Shown in pieces: positions 15,157 through 24,729 of a stretch of DNA of 27,939 nt. A program made the position numbers and the translations under genes. Within the stretch, counting starts at the first letter, position 1, and each line of letters begins with the position of its first letter. Source of the DNA: a virus (Duplodnaviria; Caudoviricetes); IMG/VR virus record IMGVR_UViG_3300045918_000020, positions 1-27,939 of that record; one strand, written 5' to 3'. Below the pieces are notes generated by a model. That model did no database searches and was not told the origin of the DNA. It was given only the letters and a program-made list of their open reading frames with translations.

Positions 15157-15320
15157 TATGCTTCTTTCTCTTTATCCAACTGTTGTTCAAGTAATCCTAA
15201 GTATATGCTTCGTTCCCAAGGTAACATTTCTTCTAGCTCAGTCAATGAATATTTGTGCTTGTGCATCAAATAAAAATTAGTCCTGTAATAATCCTCAAGA
15301 CTCTCATCGCCGAGCAACAT
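15156..15320 (-). CDS. gp51: Baseplate hub assembly catalyst gp51
   Basis: MLLGDESLEDYYRTNFYLMHKHKYSLTELEEMLPWERSIYLGLL...; the YY.TNF.LM..HKYSL.E.E.M.PWER signature; missed by the ORF track. Confidence 0.88.
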   Translation of the reverse strand: MLLGDESLEDYYRTNFYLMHKHKYSLTELEEMLPWERSIYLGLLEQQLDKEKEA

Positions 15321-16003
15321 TAGAAAAAATTCTCTATGCCTTTTATATTGATAGTATTAGAACATCCACATCCACAAATATATGTTACATCTATCTGCAA
15401 ATATGGGAAATTATCAATGTATTCTTTGAATGAATTCAATTGGTTATTGTTTAAAGACTCAATAAACTCGACTCTTTCTTCTAAGGTGTAATCTTCGGTA
15501 TTCTTTAATGATTCACCCTCAATGACAGTATCTAATGATAGAGCTAATGCAATTGTTCCATCAGCAGAAGTTAACTCCATAGATTCTCTAATTGATGGAA
15601 TCTTCAATGTAACCCAAAGATTTTCTTGGATCATAATTGCTTCATTTTTCTTATCAGCATTAACAACTACGACATCTTCAAGATTTAATGTCATAGGAGT
15701 TTTTTCTTTACATTCTTTACATATGGCTCTTATTGCAGCACCTTCACCTAATGACTTATTCCTGATCTGAACAAAAAGATATTCAGCATCAACTTTATTT
15801 AAAGTGTCAATATTATGTTTGGTAAATGTACAATTTGATATGATCTGATTGATAGCATTTAACATCGCATCTGGTGAACCATCCTCTTGAGCTAAGAGTA
15901 ATATCTTTTCTTCTTTAACTGTAAATGGACGATATTCTACTTTTGCCTTTTGAACTGGTAATGTACATGTATATTTTGGTTGCGTCACAGTTGCGATTGC
16001 CAT
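15320..16003 (-). CDS. gp26: Baseplate hub assembly protein gp26
   Basis: P.Y...LP......YRPF.VKEEKILL.A, D.EYLF.QIR.KS.GE, two Cys pairs, C-terminal GIENFF. Confidence 0.9.
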   Translation of the reverse strand: MAIATVTQPKYTCTLPVQKAKVEYRPFTVKEEKILLLAQEDGSPDAMLNAINQIISNCTFTKHNIDTLNKVDAEYLFVQIRNKSLGEGAAIRAICKECKEKTPMTLNLEDVVVVNADKKNEAIMIQENLWVTLKIPSIRESMELTSADGTIALALSLDTVIEGESLKNTEDYTLEERVEFIESLNNNQLNSFKEYIDNFPYLQIDVTYICGCGCSNTINIKGIENFF

Positions 16004-16016
16004 TATTAAATCCTCA

Positions 16017-16910
16017 TTAAATTATTTTACTTGATCCATTAAACCATGCTGGAACTTTATTTAAAGCATCCTTTACAAGATTAACATTACTTATGTCAGC
16101 CGAGAACGGACCAACCTTAATCTGATTTTTATTATTCAATGTTCTAATTGCTGGAGTAGCTAATGCTTCAATTCTTGTTTGTGATGGTTGTATATTATTA
16201 CCTTCTCTCTCATTACCACTTGATACATTATTAACTATGACAGTTTCGTATATAACTTCAATAGTAACCTGCTTTATCTCAGAATCACCAGCACCGTATT
16301 GGACGTTTTGAACTGTCTTAACGAATGCGTTTTCTAAAATATATTCATTGACAGGAACAAAGTTTTCATCTGTTACAGTGATAGTCATATTAAACGCATA
16401 TTTGTCCTTATAGTAAGGAGAGTATGATTTGTCAATCGTCATTATTTTACGCTTGTATAAAAAATACTCTTCTATCGTGTGCATGATATCAACATTGAAT
16501 GTCATCCAAACTGGATCTTGTTCTAATCCAGTAACTGTCTCATATTTTAACCCATAAATTTTACCTTCTTGAGTTCTCATATGCCATCCAGGAAGAGTTA
16601 CCTTATCACACATAAACGTAAATGGAACATTATTATCGGCAACATATAACTCGATCTGATAGTAATATCCCTTCGTTAATCTAAATCCATCTCTTTTAAG
16701 TTTTGATGTAAATCCTAAAATTGAAAACGCATCATTAGATACGACAACGTTATTAGTCTTGAATGGACCTAATTCAGTATTAACATCTTTAGGAGTAGCT
16801 TTACTGCTAGTCTTATTAAAGAATGCACTGGCTGTTTGTTTAGCGACTGATATCTTACCAACAACATTGACTACATTACTTAGTTGGCCTGTTATATTAG
16901 ATAAATCCAT
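16017..16910 (-). CDS. gp54: Tail tube initiator / tail-tube-like protein (gp54-like)
   Basis: C..VTLPG, .TF.VD, Y...Y, Y.LENAF.K.V, VT.E..YE pattern of the gp19/gp54 fold; start ATG 16910 (GGAG SD, TAATG coupling). Confidence 0.7.
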   Translation of the reverse strand: MDLSNITGQLSNVVNVVGKISVAKQTASAFFNKTSSKATPKDVNTELGPFKTNNVVVSNDAFSILGFTSKLKRDGFRLTKGYYYQIELYVADNNVPFTFMCDKVTLPGWHMRTQEGKIYGLKYETVTGLEQDPVWMTFNVDIMHTIEEYFLYKRKIMTIDKSYSPYYKDKYAFNMTITVTDENFVPVNEYILENAFVKTVQNVQYGAGDSEIKQVTIEVIYETVIVNNVSSGNEREGNNIQPSQTRIEALATPAIRTLNNKNQIKVGPFSADISNVNLVKDALNKVPAWFNGSSKII

Positions 16911-17491
16911 TATACTCTCCCATCTTCCCAAACCTTCTCATTAGATGCCTTCTTGAAGTATTCTAATGGCAACCACAAAACAAAATTCCATTCTGTTGGA
17001 GGAATAATAATAAAGTTTGATTTAACCTGCTTGTTTAGATATCTCTTGATACAATGTTTAATCTCAGGCATATTTGATGCTGCCTTTAATACTTCCCACG
17101 TTACCTTAATCTTTGTCTTTGAACTTAACTTATCATTACTAGCATATTCCATCAACTTATCTAATAATGCTGCTCTCATGATAGGATGTAAGTAGTGCAT
17201 ATTTAATCCCATAAATCCAGTATCATCTGTTGCAAATGGTAGTATCATTGGAAAAGTGTCGTAGTATGGAAGAGTATCTTTTGTCTTTGGATCATAGAAA
17301 AACGATACTAATGTTCCTGGAACAATTTTAGTTGATTGATGTGCAATATTATCGCCAAGAAATTTCTGACCTGACATCTTACCAGCAGCATTACGAACAT
17401 TTGTTTCATACCATTGCCATGATCTCTTAGTATTGCCAATCTTCTTTATAACTTGATCTCTCAAATTAAATGTTGGAGTCTTAGCTTTCAT
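16910..17491 (-). CDS. gp2: DNA end protector gp2
   Basis: F.YDPKTKDTLPYYD.FP, GFMGLN.HYL, CIKRYL, LP.E.F.KA....VW. Confidence 0.92.
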   Translation of the reverse strand: MKAKTPTFNLRDQVIKKIGNTKRSWQWYETNVRNAAGKMSGQKFLGDNIAHQSTKIVPGTLVSFFYDPKTKDTLPYYDTFPMILPFATDDTGFMGLNMHYLHPIMRAALLDKLMEYASNDKLSSKTKIKVTWEVLKAASNMPEIKHCIKRYLNKQVKSNFIIIPPTEWNFVLWLPLEYFKKASNEKVWEDGRV

Positions 17492-17522
17492 CTATATCTT
17501 CCATTAGATTCTTTAAATGACA

Positions 17523-17966
17523 TCATTTCTTTATTCCCAATCCAAATTCATCTAATATCAAAAATTCAATTCCATTACGCTTACACCAATCTCTGGCAGC
17601 AGCCCATTTACTTTGATTAACCATATAAGTTTGCATCTCGGTTATCATTCGCTTAGTCTTTTTCTTCTGCGTTGGCGGAACACATTGCGCTGCTGGTTTT
17701 ATCTCAACTAATGTCTTTACTATCTTTCCATCTGCTTTTTTAACTTCTACGAGAAAATCAGGAAAATATCTGTGAGGTTTTCCATCAAGTGGACTGATAT
17801 AAGGAATAATTATTTCCTCTGAGTTCCATCTTAATATGTTAGGTTGTTCATCAAACCACAACATTGCCCGACGTTCCCATGAACTTCGGAATGAAATTTT
17901 TGTGATATCTCCAATATATTTTTCTGGATGCTTTGGTACAAACGTGCCTTGTAGATATCTCGACAT
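17523..17966 (-). CDS. gp4: Head completion nuclease gp4 (TnsA-like)
   Basis: G.F.P..PEKY.GD...I.FRSSWE, W.SEE..IPY.SP.DGK.HRYFPDF, VEIKP, NQ.KW.AA; start moved to MSRYLQG. Confidence 0.93.
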   Translation of the reverse strand: MSRYLQGTFVPKHPEKYIGDITKISFRSSWERRAMLWFDEQPNILRWNSEEIIIPYISPLDGKPHRYFPDFLVEVKKADGKIVKTLVEIKPAAQCVPPTQKKKTKRMITEMQTYMVNQSKWAAARDWCKRNGIEFLILDEFGLGIKK

Positions 17967-17999
17967 AAATAGTAACATTAATCTAACGTAATATTTATA
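17964..17999. promoter_or_regulatory. Face-to-face T4-type late promoters
   Basis: + CATAAATA 17964-17971 (to gp48) and - TATAAATA 17999-17992 (to gp4). Confidence 0.75.
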
Positions 18000-18001
18000 A
18001 C

Positions 18002-19126
18002 ATGGCATACGAGTCTAAATATCAGACATTGATTGAACAAAATGCTCCTTTACTGCATAGGGACGTAATAGACTCAATGTCAGGTGCAAATAACAAATAT
18101 GATACCTTAGAGTTTCCATCAGGAGTATTAGGTAGTACAAAATATCCTCACTACACAATCTTCTACATAAATGAATTTGAAAAGTCAGCTAAACAAGATA
18201 ATAAACCACAAATTAATTCAATCAACACCACATCTAAGACAGCAAATAATACGATGACAGCATCATTGAATGGTAATGTGGGATCATTTAAAACAAATAA
18301 TCCAGTTAGTCCATACTCATCCGATTTACTCCAGACAGGAATAAATGCTGGTAAAAATTTAGCAGGTGGTGTAATGAACAGTATCAAAGGAGCAGTTGCT
18401 CAATATTCTGCTCAGAAGAAAAGAATGCAAACTGCAATATGTTTACCTATGCCTCATCATATCAGAGCATCATACGGAGCAGAATATCAAGCAACAGATA
18501 AACTAGGTGCATTCGGTGCTGTCATAGCCGCCGCTATAAGTCCTAACTCTGATACCGCTGATACTCTTAAATTCGCATTAGCTCCTGTAGCCGCTGGAGC
18601 AGTAACCGAAATGGCTAAATCTGGTGTTGGAAATGTATCAACTGCATTAGCTAATGCTATTCCATCAGGAGCAGATGTTGAAAAGAGAACATCACAAATT
18701 CTAACTAAGATGTCAGGAAGAGTTCTTAGTGGTAGACAAGAACAGCTATTTAATAATATGAATTTTAGAACGCATCAATTTTCCTATCTATTCGTACCTA
18801 AGACACAAGATGACAGTGACCAGATTAGTAGAATAATTTATACTCTGAAATATTATATGCACCCAGAATTATCTGCTGGTACTGGATCATCTTTACTAAT
18901 TACACCAGCAGAATTTGACATCGAATTTCGTAATGGAGAAAACGAGAATCAATCTCTTCATAAGATAGCAACATGTGCATTGAAAAATATAGAAGTAAAT
19001 TATACTGCCATAGGTGAATTCATTGCATTCGCTGGCACAGATAATCCTGTTGCTATCTCAATTGATATGACATTCGTTGAGATGGAACCGCTGAATAGAG
19101 CAATGATTAAAAAGTATGGATTCTAA
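18002..19126 (+). CDS. gp48: Baseplate tail tube cap gp48
   Basis: L.FP, I.LPMP, EQLF....FR...FSY.FVP, P.EF.I.F, C.L..I.VNYT, ...F.E.E motifs. Confidence 0.88.
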   Translation: MAYESKYQTLIEQNAPLLHRDVIDSMSGANNKYDTLEFPSGVLGSTKYPHYTIFYINEFEKSAKQDNKPQINSINTTSKTANNTMTASLNGNVGSFKTNNPVSPYSSDLLQTGINAGKNLAGGVMNSIKGAVAQYSAQKKRMQTAICLPMPHHIRASYGAEYQATDKLGAFGAVIAAAISPNSDTADTLKFALAPVAAGAVTEMAKSGVGNVSTALANAIPSGADVEKRTSQILTKMSGRVLSGRQEQLFNNMNFRTHQFSYLFVPKTQDDSDQISRIIYTLKYYMHPELSAGTGSSLLITPAEFDIEFRNGENENQSLHKIATCALKNIEVNYTAIGEFIAFAGTDNPVAISIDMTFVEMEPLNRAMIKKYGF

Positions 19127-19663
19127 ATGACTACTCCTTTCTTCTCAGACTTTAATGTCATAACAGTAGACTATACGATTAAAGGAGATAAAACTCCTAT
19201 CGTAGAAAATATAGTTGATCTTCTCCAAAGAGTCAATCTAAAGATATCCGATAAAGATAAAAAACAAATGTGTGATGACTATTTGTTACCAGATGGGATG
19301 ACACCTGAACAAGCAGCATCTATTCTTTATAATGATCCATTTCTTCATTGGACAATTCTTTATATCAATAATATAGGCAGTATCATTAGTGAATGGCCTA
19401 TGCCTGAAATATCATTAGCAGCATATGTAACTAAAAATTATGGTGCAGGCAAGGAGTATGATTCACACCATTACGAAAAGATGCCAGAAAGATTAGTAAT
19501 AGACGATCAATTTTGCCTAGACAACTATGGATATCATGCACAAATTATTACCAACTATGATTATGAGTATGAACTAAATGAAATGAAAAGATTTATCAAA
19601 GTAGTTAAACCAGCTTATATTGATACATTCGTCGGCCTATTTAAAAATAGTTTGGTAGCATAA
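19127..19663 (+). CDS. gp53: Baseplate wedge subunit gp53
   Basis: FF..F, LysM-like G.TPEQ.A..LY.DP.LHW.IL..N.I....EWP, HHYE, TNY.YE..LNE.KR.IK. Confidence 0.9.
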   Translation: MTTPFFSDFNVITVDYTIKGDKTPIVENIVDLLQRVNLKISDKDKKQMCDDYLLPDGMTPEQAASILYNDPFLHWTILYINNIGSIISEWPMPEISLAAYVTKNYGAGKEYDSHHYEKMPERLVIDDQFCLDNYGYHAQIITNYDYEYELNEMKRFIKVVKPAYIDTFVGLFKNSLVA

Positions 19664-20943
19664 TGGATCAATCATTAACTCCTGGAATTAAACAAGCAGG
19701 TGATGTCGAATGTATTTCGATAAAATTATTTGACCCAAAAAATAATTATGAGTCAATTAATCTTCTAGGAGCATTTAATGGACTTACCTTTTATGAAGAT
19801 ATCTTTTCTCCCGTTGTAACTGGGCAACTAATATTAACCGAGACTCAAAACTTATTATCATCAATGCCCATAGTGAATGGTGAACGGCTTGATATCGAAT
19901 TCAAAACTCCAACACATGATACTCCACTAAAATTCTCTTTCATCGTATCAAAGGTAGGAGCTAGAGTAGAAAAAGATAAAGGTAATGCATATACGCTTGA
20001 ACTAATATCTTATGAATGTTATCTCGACCTAGATTTGAGAATTAGTAAAGCATACGTCGGTAATGCTGGCGACATAGCAAGAAAAGTTTATAAAGATTTC
20101 TTCAATGGACAAATGACAGACTCAGATATCTGTGATAATAATATAAAATTTGTTTCTCCTTATTGGGGTCCTCTGAAGATAATTAATTATGCTACCAGTA
20201 GAGCAATATTACCCAATAGCAAATTAACTACTCCAAACTTTTTATTCTATCAAACTCATTATGGACATAAGTTTAATTCGATCACAACCATGATGAATAA
20301 AACTCCAATAACAGAATATGTTTACGACAATAATCCAGCAAGAGTATCTGACAACGAAGGTAATACTGTAAGAGATATTGATCGTGAGTATCGTTCGATA
20401 TTAGGCATTGAATTTATATCAGCCCAAGATCATATGAAAAATATGATGAATGGTGCATATAATCATCGTGTATTCGGAGTTAATCTTCTGACAAAAAAGT
20501 TCGATGTGAAAACGTATAACTACACAACAGATTTTGATAAGACTACCCACACCGACAATAATCAATTAAATGTTCTAATAGCCAGTACATCATCTGGATT
20601 AGTATCAATTAGACATACGACTCCTCTCATGTTTGATGGAGTAAATGATATGTCAGATGAAATTATTGCCAAAAGAATATCGTTGTTAGCTCAATTAGAA
20701 ACATGGAAGATTAATATCAGAGCACATGGAAGAAATGATATCGAAGCTGGTGCAACAGTTTCATTAAAACTAAATCAGTTTAAGTCTGTTGATATGTCAG
20801 ATGTAGGTAAAGATTTATCTGATCCTCTTTACTCTGGTAAATATCTCATTACAGCAGTAGCACATAAATTTACTCAGGCTAAGTATGAGTGCAATATGGA
20901 ATTAATAAAAGATGCCAGTTTCTCGGAGATAAAGATTAAATGA
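19663..20943 (+). CDS. Baseplate hub protein (gp27-like)
   Basis: YEDIF.P..TG.L, P.W.P...I, FLFY.T..G..F.S, SGKYLITAV.H; located between genes 53 and 5. Confidence 0.75.
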   Translation: MDQSLTPGIKQAGDVECISIKLFDPKNNYESINLLGAFNGLTFYEDIFSPVVTGQLILTETQNLLSSMPIVNGERLDIEFKTPTHDTPLKFSFIVSKVGARVEKDKGNAYTLELISYECYLDLDLRISKAYVGNAGDIARKVYKDFFNGQMTDSDICDNNIKFVSPYWGPLKIINYATSRAILPNSKLTTPNFLFYQTHYGHKFNSITTMMNKTPITEYVYDNNPARVSDNEGNTVRDIDREYRSILGIEFISAQDHMKNMMNGAYNHRVFGVNLLTKKFDVKTYNYTTDFDKTTHTDNNQLNVLIASTSSGLVSIRHTTPLMFDGVNDMSDEIIAKRISLLAQLETWKINIRAHGRNDIEAGATVSLKLNQFKSVDMSDVGKDLSDPLYSGKYLITAVAHKFTQAKYECNMELIKDASFSEIKIK

Positions 20944-23219
20944 TTTACTTTGGTGTGATTGAAGATAAACATGGTGATGCTCTGCTCCTATGTCGATATA
21001 AAGTTAGAATAATAGGAGTTCATTCACCTAGTAAAGCCGATCTTAAAACATCTGATTTACCTTGGGCTACTCCCATTCAATCAAATTCAGCAGCTATGAG
21101 TGGTATAGGAACGTCTGCTACCGGATATCTTCAAGGTACAACCGTTGCAGTCTTATTCCTAGACACAGATAAACAGCAACCTGTCATATTAGGTGCGATA
21201 GGTGGTATACCAACAGATAATACATACTCACCTTCTTTATTTGATGGACTCGTGTCAGATTTGAAGATTATTCCTCCACAATATCCACCAGAAAATATTG
21301 TTAGATTACCTAATGGTTCATCTAAACCAATATCACAAGTAACATCTATTCCAGATGGAGCAGTCGTAGAAGAACAACCTTATATCGGATCATTAACAAA
21401 ATCTGATATCGTTAAGTTGTCAAAAAAGATTGCTGAACTGAGACAAAATAATCAACATCTATCATCAGATTTAGGCATAGGTAAGTATCAACATACTCCA
21501 GCAGAATTAAATTCATTAGGATATCTTGATGATAATTATTCATGGACAGGCCTAAACAAGATGTCATCAGAACAACAATACTTAGATAGTTCTGGAACAC
21601 AAGATGACTCAGAAGAGATATTGCTTAAATTAAATTATACGTCACTGTGTAAGTTTGGTATTGCATCAGATTCAATGCCTAGAGAAAAGTTAGCTGGACT
21701 TCTTGCAGCATCACAAGTAACTGATACAACCTCTACATATCAATATGTAGATACAGCAGCCGATGTAATTAATGATTTAGGTGAATCTGTATCATCATTT
21801 TATAAAGCAGGATATGTTTCGATCACAGGTAAATCAACAGTAGAAGAACCAACAAAAGATAATTTAGGAGTAGCAGCATCAGATAAGTTTGAACCTAATA
21901 CTGATCCTAATAAAAGTAAGTATGATGTGAAAGATACTCCAGTTGGCACATCAAATCAAGGGTTTACTGATCCTGATTCTGTATATCCATTACCATCACA
22001 TAAAAATGAACCTGATACTCCCAGACTTACATCTGGATTAAAGATAAATGAAACGATAGTTGGATTTAAAGAAAACTTTGCTATTAAATCGGTATCAATA
22101 GCTAATTCGAGTGTTAAGTGGAAACAATCTCCTATTCCTTATAATGCAAGATATGCATTTAACAATGTGTATCAAAGTGCATCTGGACATGTGATGGAAT
22201 TTGATGATACTCCAGGAGCAGAAAGAATAAACTTACACCATAAGAGTGGAACATTTTGGGAAGTTGATAATGTAGGCAATGCAGTTGATCGAACTATGGG
22301 AATTAGAACGATCATAGTGGATAAGGATGAACTCGTTTATATCAAAGGATCAGGACATATCACAATTGATGGCGACCTAAGCCTTAAAGTTAATAAAGCG
22401 ATTAACATTGAAGTCACCAATGACGTTAATATCAGAGCAAAAAATGTTAATTATGAAGTATCTGGTGATGTGAATTTCAAAGTAGGTGGATCATTTAATA
22501 TTGATGCTGCTAATAAGATTTATCTTAATTCTGGCAATTCAAAAGGATTATCTGGATTCTTTCCTACCATAACATTACCTGCTCCAGTATCTCGTAAAGA
22601 ACAACAAATGATTGAGCTAGAGGATATGTCATATACAACATCGCAGACAGATTCTCCTAAAGAGATTAAACAAGTTAATACAGATAAACCAGCAGCTAGG
22701 AATGAAGTCAAAGCTGTTAATATCTTGCCAGATGAAATAACATATCAAACAAGATTATCAGCTAACTATATCATAAAAGATATGTGTGTCGGAGTAGGTT
22801 CAGCATATCCTTTTAATGGACAACATTCTAAGACAGCTAAACAATTAGCAGATAATTTAAAAGCATTATGTTTAAATTGTTTAGAACCTATCAGAGCAGA
22901 GTACAAAGATGTATCAATTAATTCTGGTATAAGACCAGCAGGTAATCCATATTCTCAAGCAAATAAGATATCTCAACATGAGTTAGGACAAGCAGCAGAT
23001 TTAGGCTTCCCATCTGCTAAGACATCTATTGATAAGAATAAAGGTTACTATGATATAGCAGTCTGGATTAAAAATAATATTTTATTCGACCAGTTGTTAT
23101 TGGAGTATAAGGGATCTAGTGTATGGATACACATATCATTTAATACATCAGGTAATAGACAACAAGTATTAACATTGTTAAATGATAGGACTCATAATCA
23201 AGGATTAGCTTTATTATGA
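20940..23219 (+). CDS. gp5: Baseplate central spike gp5 with C-terminal peptidase M15 domain
   Basis: OB-fold G.IED....R.KVRI.G.H....LPWA; SGH..EFDDTPGAERI...H.SGTF beta-helix; M15 motifs NSG.R, SQH..GQAAD, WIHIS. Confidence 0.92.
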   Translation: MIYFGVIEDKHGDALLLCRYKVRIIGVHSPSKADLKTSDLPWATPIQSNSAAMSGIGTSATGYLQGTTVAVLFLDTDKQQPVILGAIGGIPTDNTYSPSLFDGLVSDLKIIPPQYPPENIVRLPNGSSKPISQVTSIPDGAVVEEQPYIGSLTKSDIVKLSKKIAELRQNNQHLSSDLGIGKYQHTPAELNSLGYLDDNYSWTGLNKMSSEQQYLDSSGTQDDSEEILLKLNYTSLCKFGIASDSMPREKLAGLLAASQVTDTTSTYQYVDTAADVINDLGESVSSFYKAGYVSITGKSTVEEPTKDNLGVAASDKFEPNTDPNKSKYDVKDTPVGTSNQGFTDPDSVYPLPSHKNEPDTPRLTSGLKINETIVGFKENFAIKSVSIANSSVKWKQSPIPYNARYAFNNVYQSASGHVMEFDDTPGAERINLHHKSGTFWEVDNVGNAVDRTMGIRTIIVDKDELVYIKGSGHITIDGDLSLKVNKAINIEVTNDVNIRAKNVNYEVSGDVNFKVGGSFNIDAANKIYLNSGNSKGLSGFFPTITLPAPVSRKEQQMIELEDMSYTTSQTDSPKEIKQVNTDKPAARNEVKAVNILPDEITYQTRLSANYIIKDMCVGVGSAYPFNGQHSKTAKQLADNLKALCLNCLEPIRAEYKDVSINSGIRPAGNPYSQANKISQHELGQAADLGFPSAKTSIDKNKGYYDIAVWIKNNILFDQLLLEYKGSSVWIHISFNTSGNRQQVLTLLNDRTHNQGLALL

Positions 23220-23497
23220 CAGGTGCAGTTAGATTAGGTGATATTAGTACAGGACATGATGGATTTCATTCTAGAGCAAATGACCAAGCATCGTCTGATG
23301 TTATTATTAATGGTATAGGCGCCCATAGAGTAGGAGATCATTGGCCTACACACTGTAATGTATCATGTCATGATGGAGTAGAAGCTACTGGATCAAACGA
23401 TGTAATTGTTAATGGTAAACCGTTAGCTAGAATAGGTGATAAGATATCATGTGGTGATTTTACTGCTCAAGGAAGTTCCGATGTAATTATTAATTAA
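23216..23497 (+). CDS. gp5.4: PAAR spike-tip protein
   Basis: AVRLGD, AHRVGD and LARIGD repeats with His/Cys metal ligands; GS.DV..N. Confidence 0.93.
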   Translation: MTGAVRLGDISTGHDGFHSRANDQASSDVIINGIGAHRVGDHWPTHCNVSCHDGVEATGSNDVIVNGKPLARIGDKISCGDFTAQGSSDVIIN

Positions 23498-23584
23498 AAT
23501 GTTTATGAATTTTTGACACTAATAAGTATGTAATGTAATATGATATGGTATGCTTTAAATTTAATTGAAAGTTTAACTTAGACC

Positions 23585-23947
23585 TAGATTAAATTTAATT
23601 TTAACATCTGTTTCACAAAGAACACATAGAACGATCTGAGGTAGAGGAGACTTACCTTATCAAATGTTCCACTAGAGTTGGTGACATCACTGATAGTTCA
23701 CGTATCAAAGAAAAGATCCGGCAATGTCTGATAGTATAACCGGGATATCTTCATTTTGGCTTGAATCGGAATGATGATTAGACGCATGTATTACATCGTA
23801 ATTGGGAGTCAGGATGCACCCAATCCTCTTAGATGGGAGGTTGAATATTCAAGACTACTGACGAATGCTAGGTTCGTGCGTGAGATAGTTAGATGCTGGT
23901 TGTCTAACTACGTTCAAAATAACTCTTCATGTGTGAGGGTTAATCTA
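23585..23947 (+). ncRNA. Candidate large structured ncRNA, ~360 nt
   Basis: About 12 stems, many with G.U pairs on the + strand, within a 550-nt intergenic gap. Confidence 0.6.
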
Positions 23948-24048
23948 ATATAATCAATATAATATCTCCTAAAAAAATATACGGATGAATATAATATGTA
24001 ATCGCACTGGCGAATAAATAATCTTAATTAACCTTAATACTAAATAAT

Positions 24049-24729
24049 ATGCTAACATTTAAACAATACTTAAATGAGTGTGTGAACAATACATTTGAAT
24101 CTTCATTAGGTAATCATTCTCTACCAGATAATAATCTGATTCAATCAGACATAAGAGAATCAAATACTCCTGATACATTAAATGATAAGTTAAATAATGA
24201 ATCATCTAACTTTGATAAAGATGATGTAGTACAGATAAAGAAGTATACAACAGATAGTAAAGGACTTAATTCATTTAAACATAAAAGAGCATCTGGCATA
24301 ATAGGTAAAGATCAGAAGCATCCTGAAGAAGATAAGATGAATAAACTTATATCAAAGAATAAATTAAAAGATGATGTAACAGTTTATACTGGACTAAAAG
24401 AATCTCCTAGAAAGAAGATTAAGTCTAATAAAGGAATATTAGAACATCCAGCTTATATGTCGGTATCTACATCTAAGGGAGTAGCTCAAGGATTTGCTCA
24501 TGGAGATGAGTCGGTTGCTCAATCTAATCCAACATACGGTTATAGTCATATTGCTAAGGTAATAATTCCAGCAGGTACATCATACGCCCACATAAGTGGA
24601 CATTCAGTTAGACCAGAAGAAAACGAAGGAGTATTAAAACCTGCTAGATATCACTTTAATGACAAACATGAGATAGATCATGCTAATCAAATGGTGACAT
24701 GGGAAGCAGAACATAGAGGTGAGATTTAA
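24049..24729 (+). CDS. ADP-ribosyltransferase (VIP2/Alt-like) with capsid-targeting N-terminus
   Basis: YT..S..LN, VYTG, YMSVS, A..FA, ENEGVL; MLTFKQYLNE; late boxes AATAAATA 24013 and ACTAAATA 24039. Confidence 0.8.
   Translation: MLTFKQYLNECVNNTFESSLGNHSLPDNNLIQSDIRESNTPDTLNDKLNNESSNFDKDDVVQIKKYTTDSKGLNSFKHKRASGIIGKDQKHPEEDKMNKLISKNKLKDDVTVYTGLKESPRKKIKSNKGILEHPAYMSVSTSKGVAQGFAHGDESVAQSNPTYGYSHIAKVIIPAGTSYAHISGHSVRPEENEGVLKPARYHFNDKHEIDHANQMVTWEAEHRGEI

Noticed and set aside
17523-17966. Tn7 TnsA transposase or mobile element
   Set aside because: Motifs and synteny with gp2/gp48 identify it as T4 gp4; no transposon ends.
13071-22711. Shadow ORFs within gp32, gp29-like, gp26, gp54, gp2, gp48 and gp5 (also 2696, 2829, 8215, 8676, 8750, 9059, 10655, 11703, 26996, 27730)
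   Set aside because: Antisense or out-of-frame overlaps of better supported genes, without SD or motifs.
23760-23910. Group I intron core (TTCAAGACTAC ... GAGATAGTT resemble R/S elements)
   Set aside because: No convincing P4-P6 domain and no interrupted exon; retained only as an unassigned structured RNA.
23771-23953. 60-aa ORF in the intergenic gap
   Set aside because: No SD, atypical composition, fully overlaps the stem-rich element.
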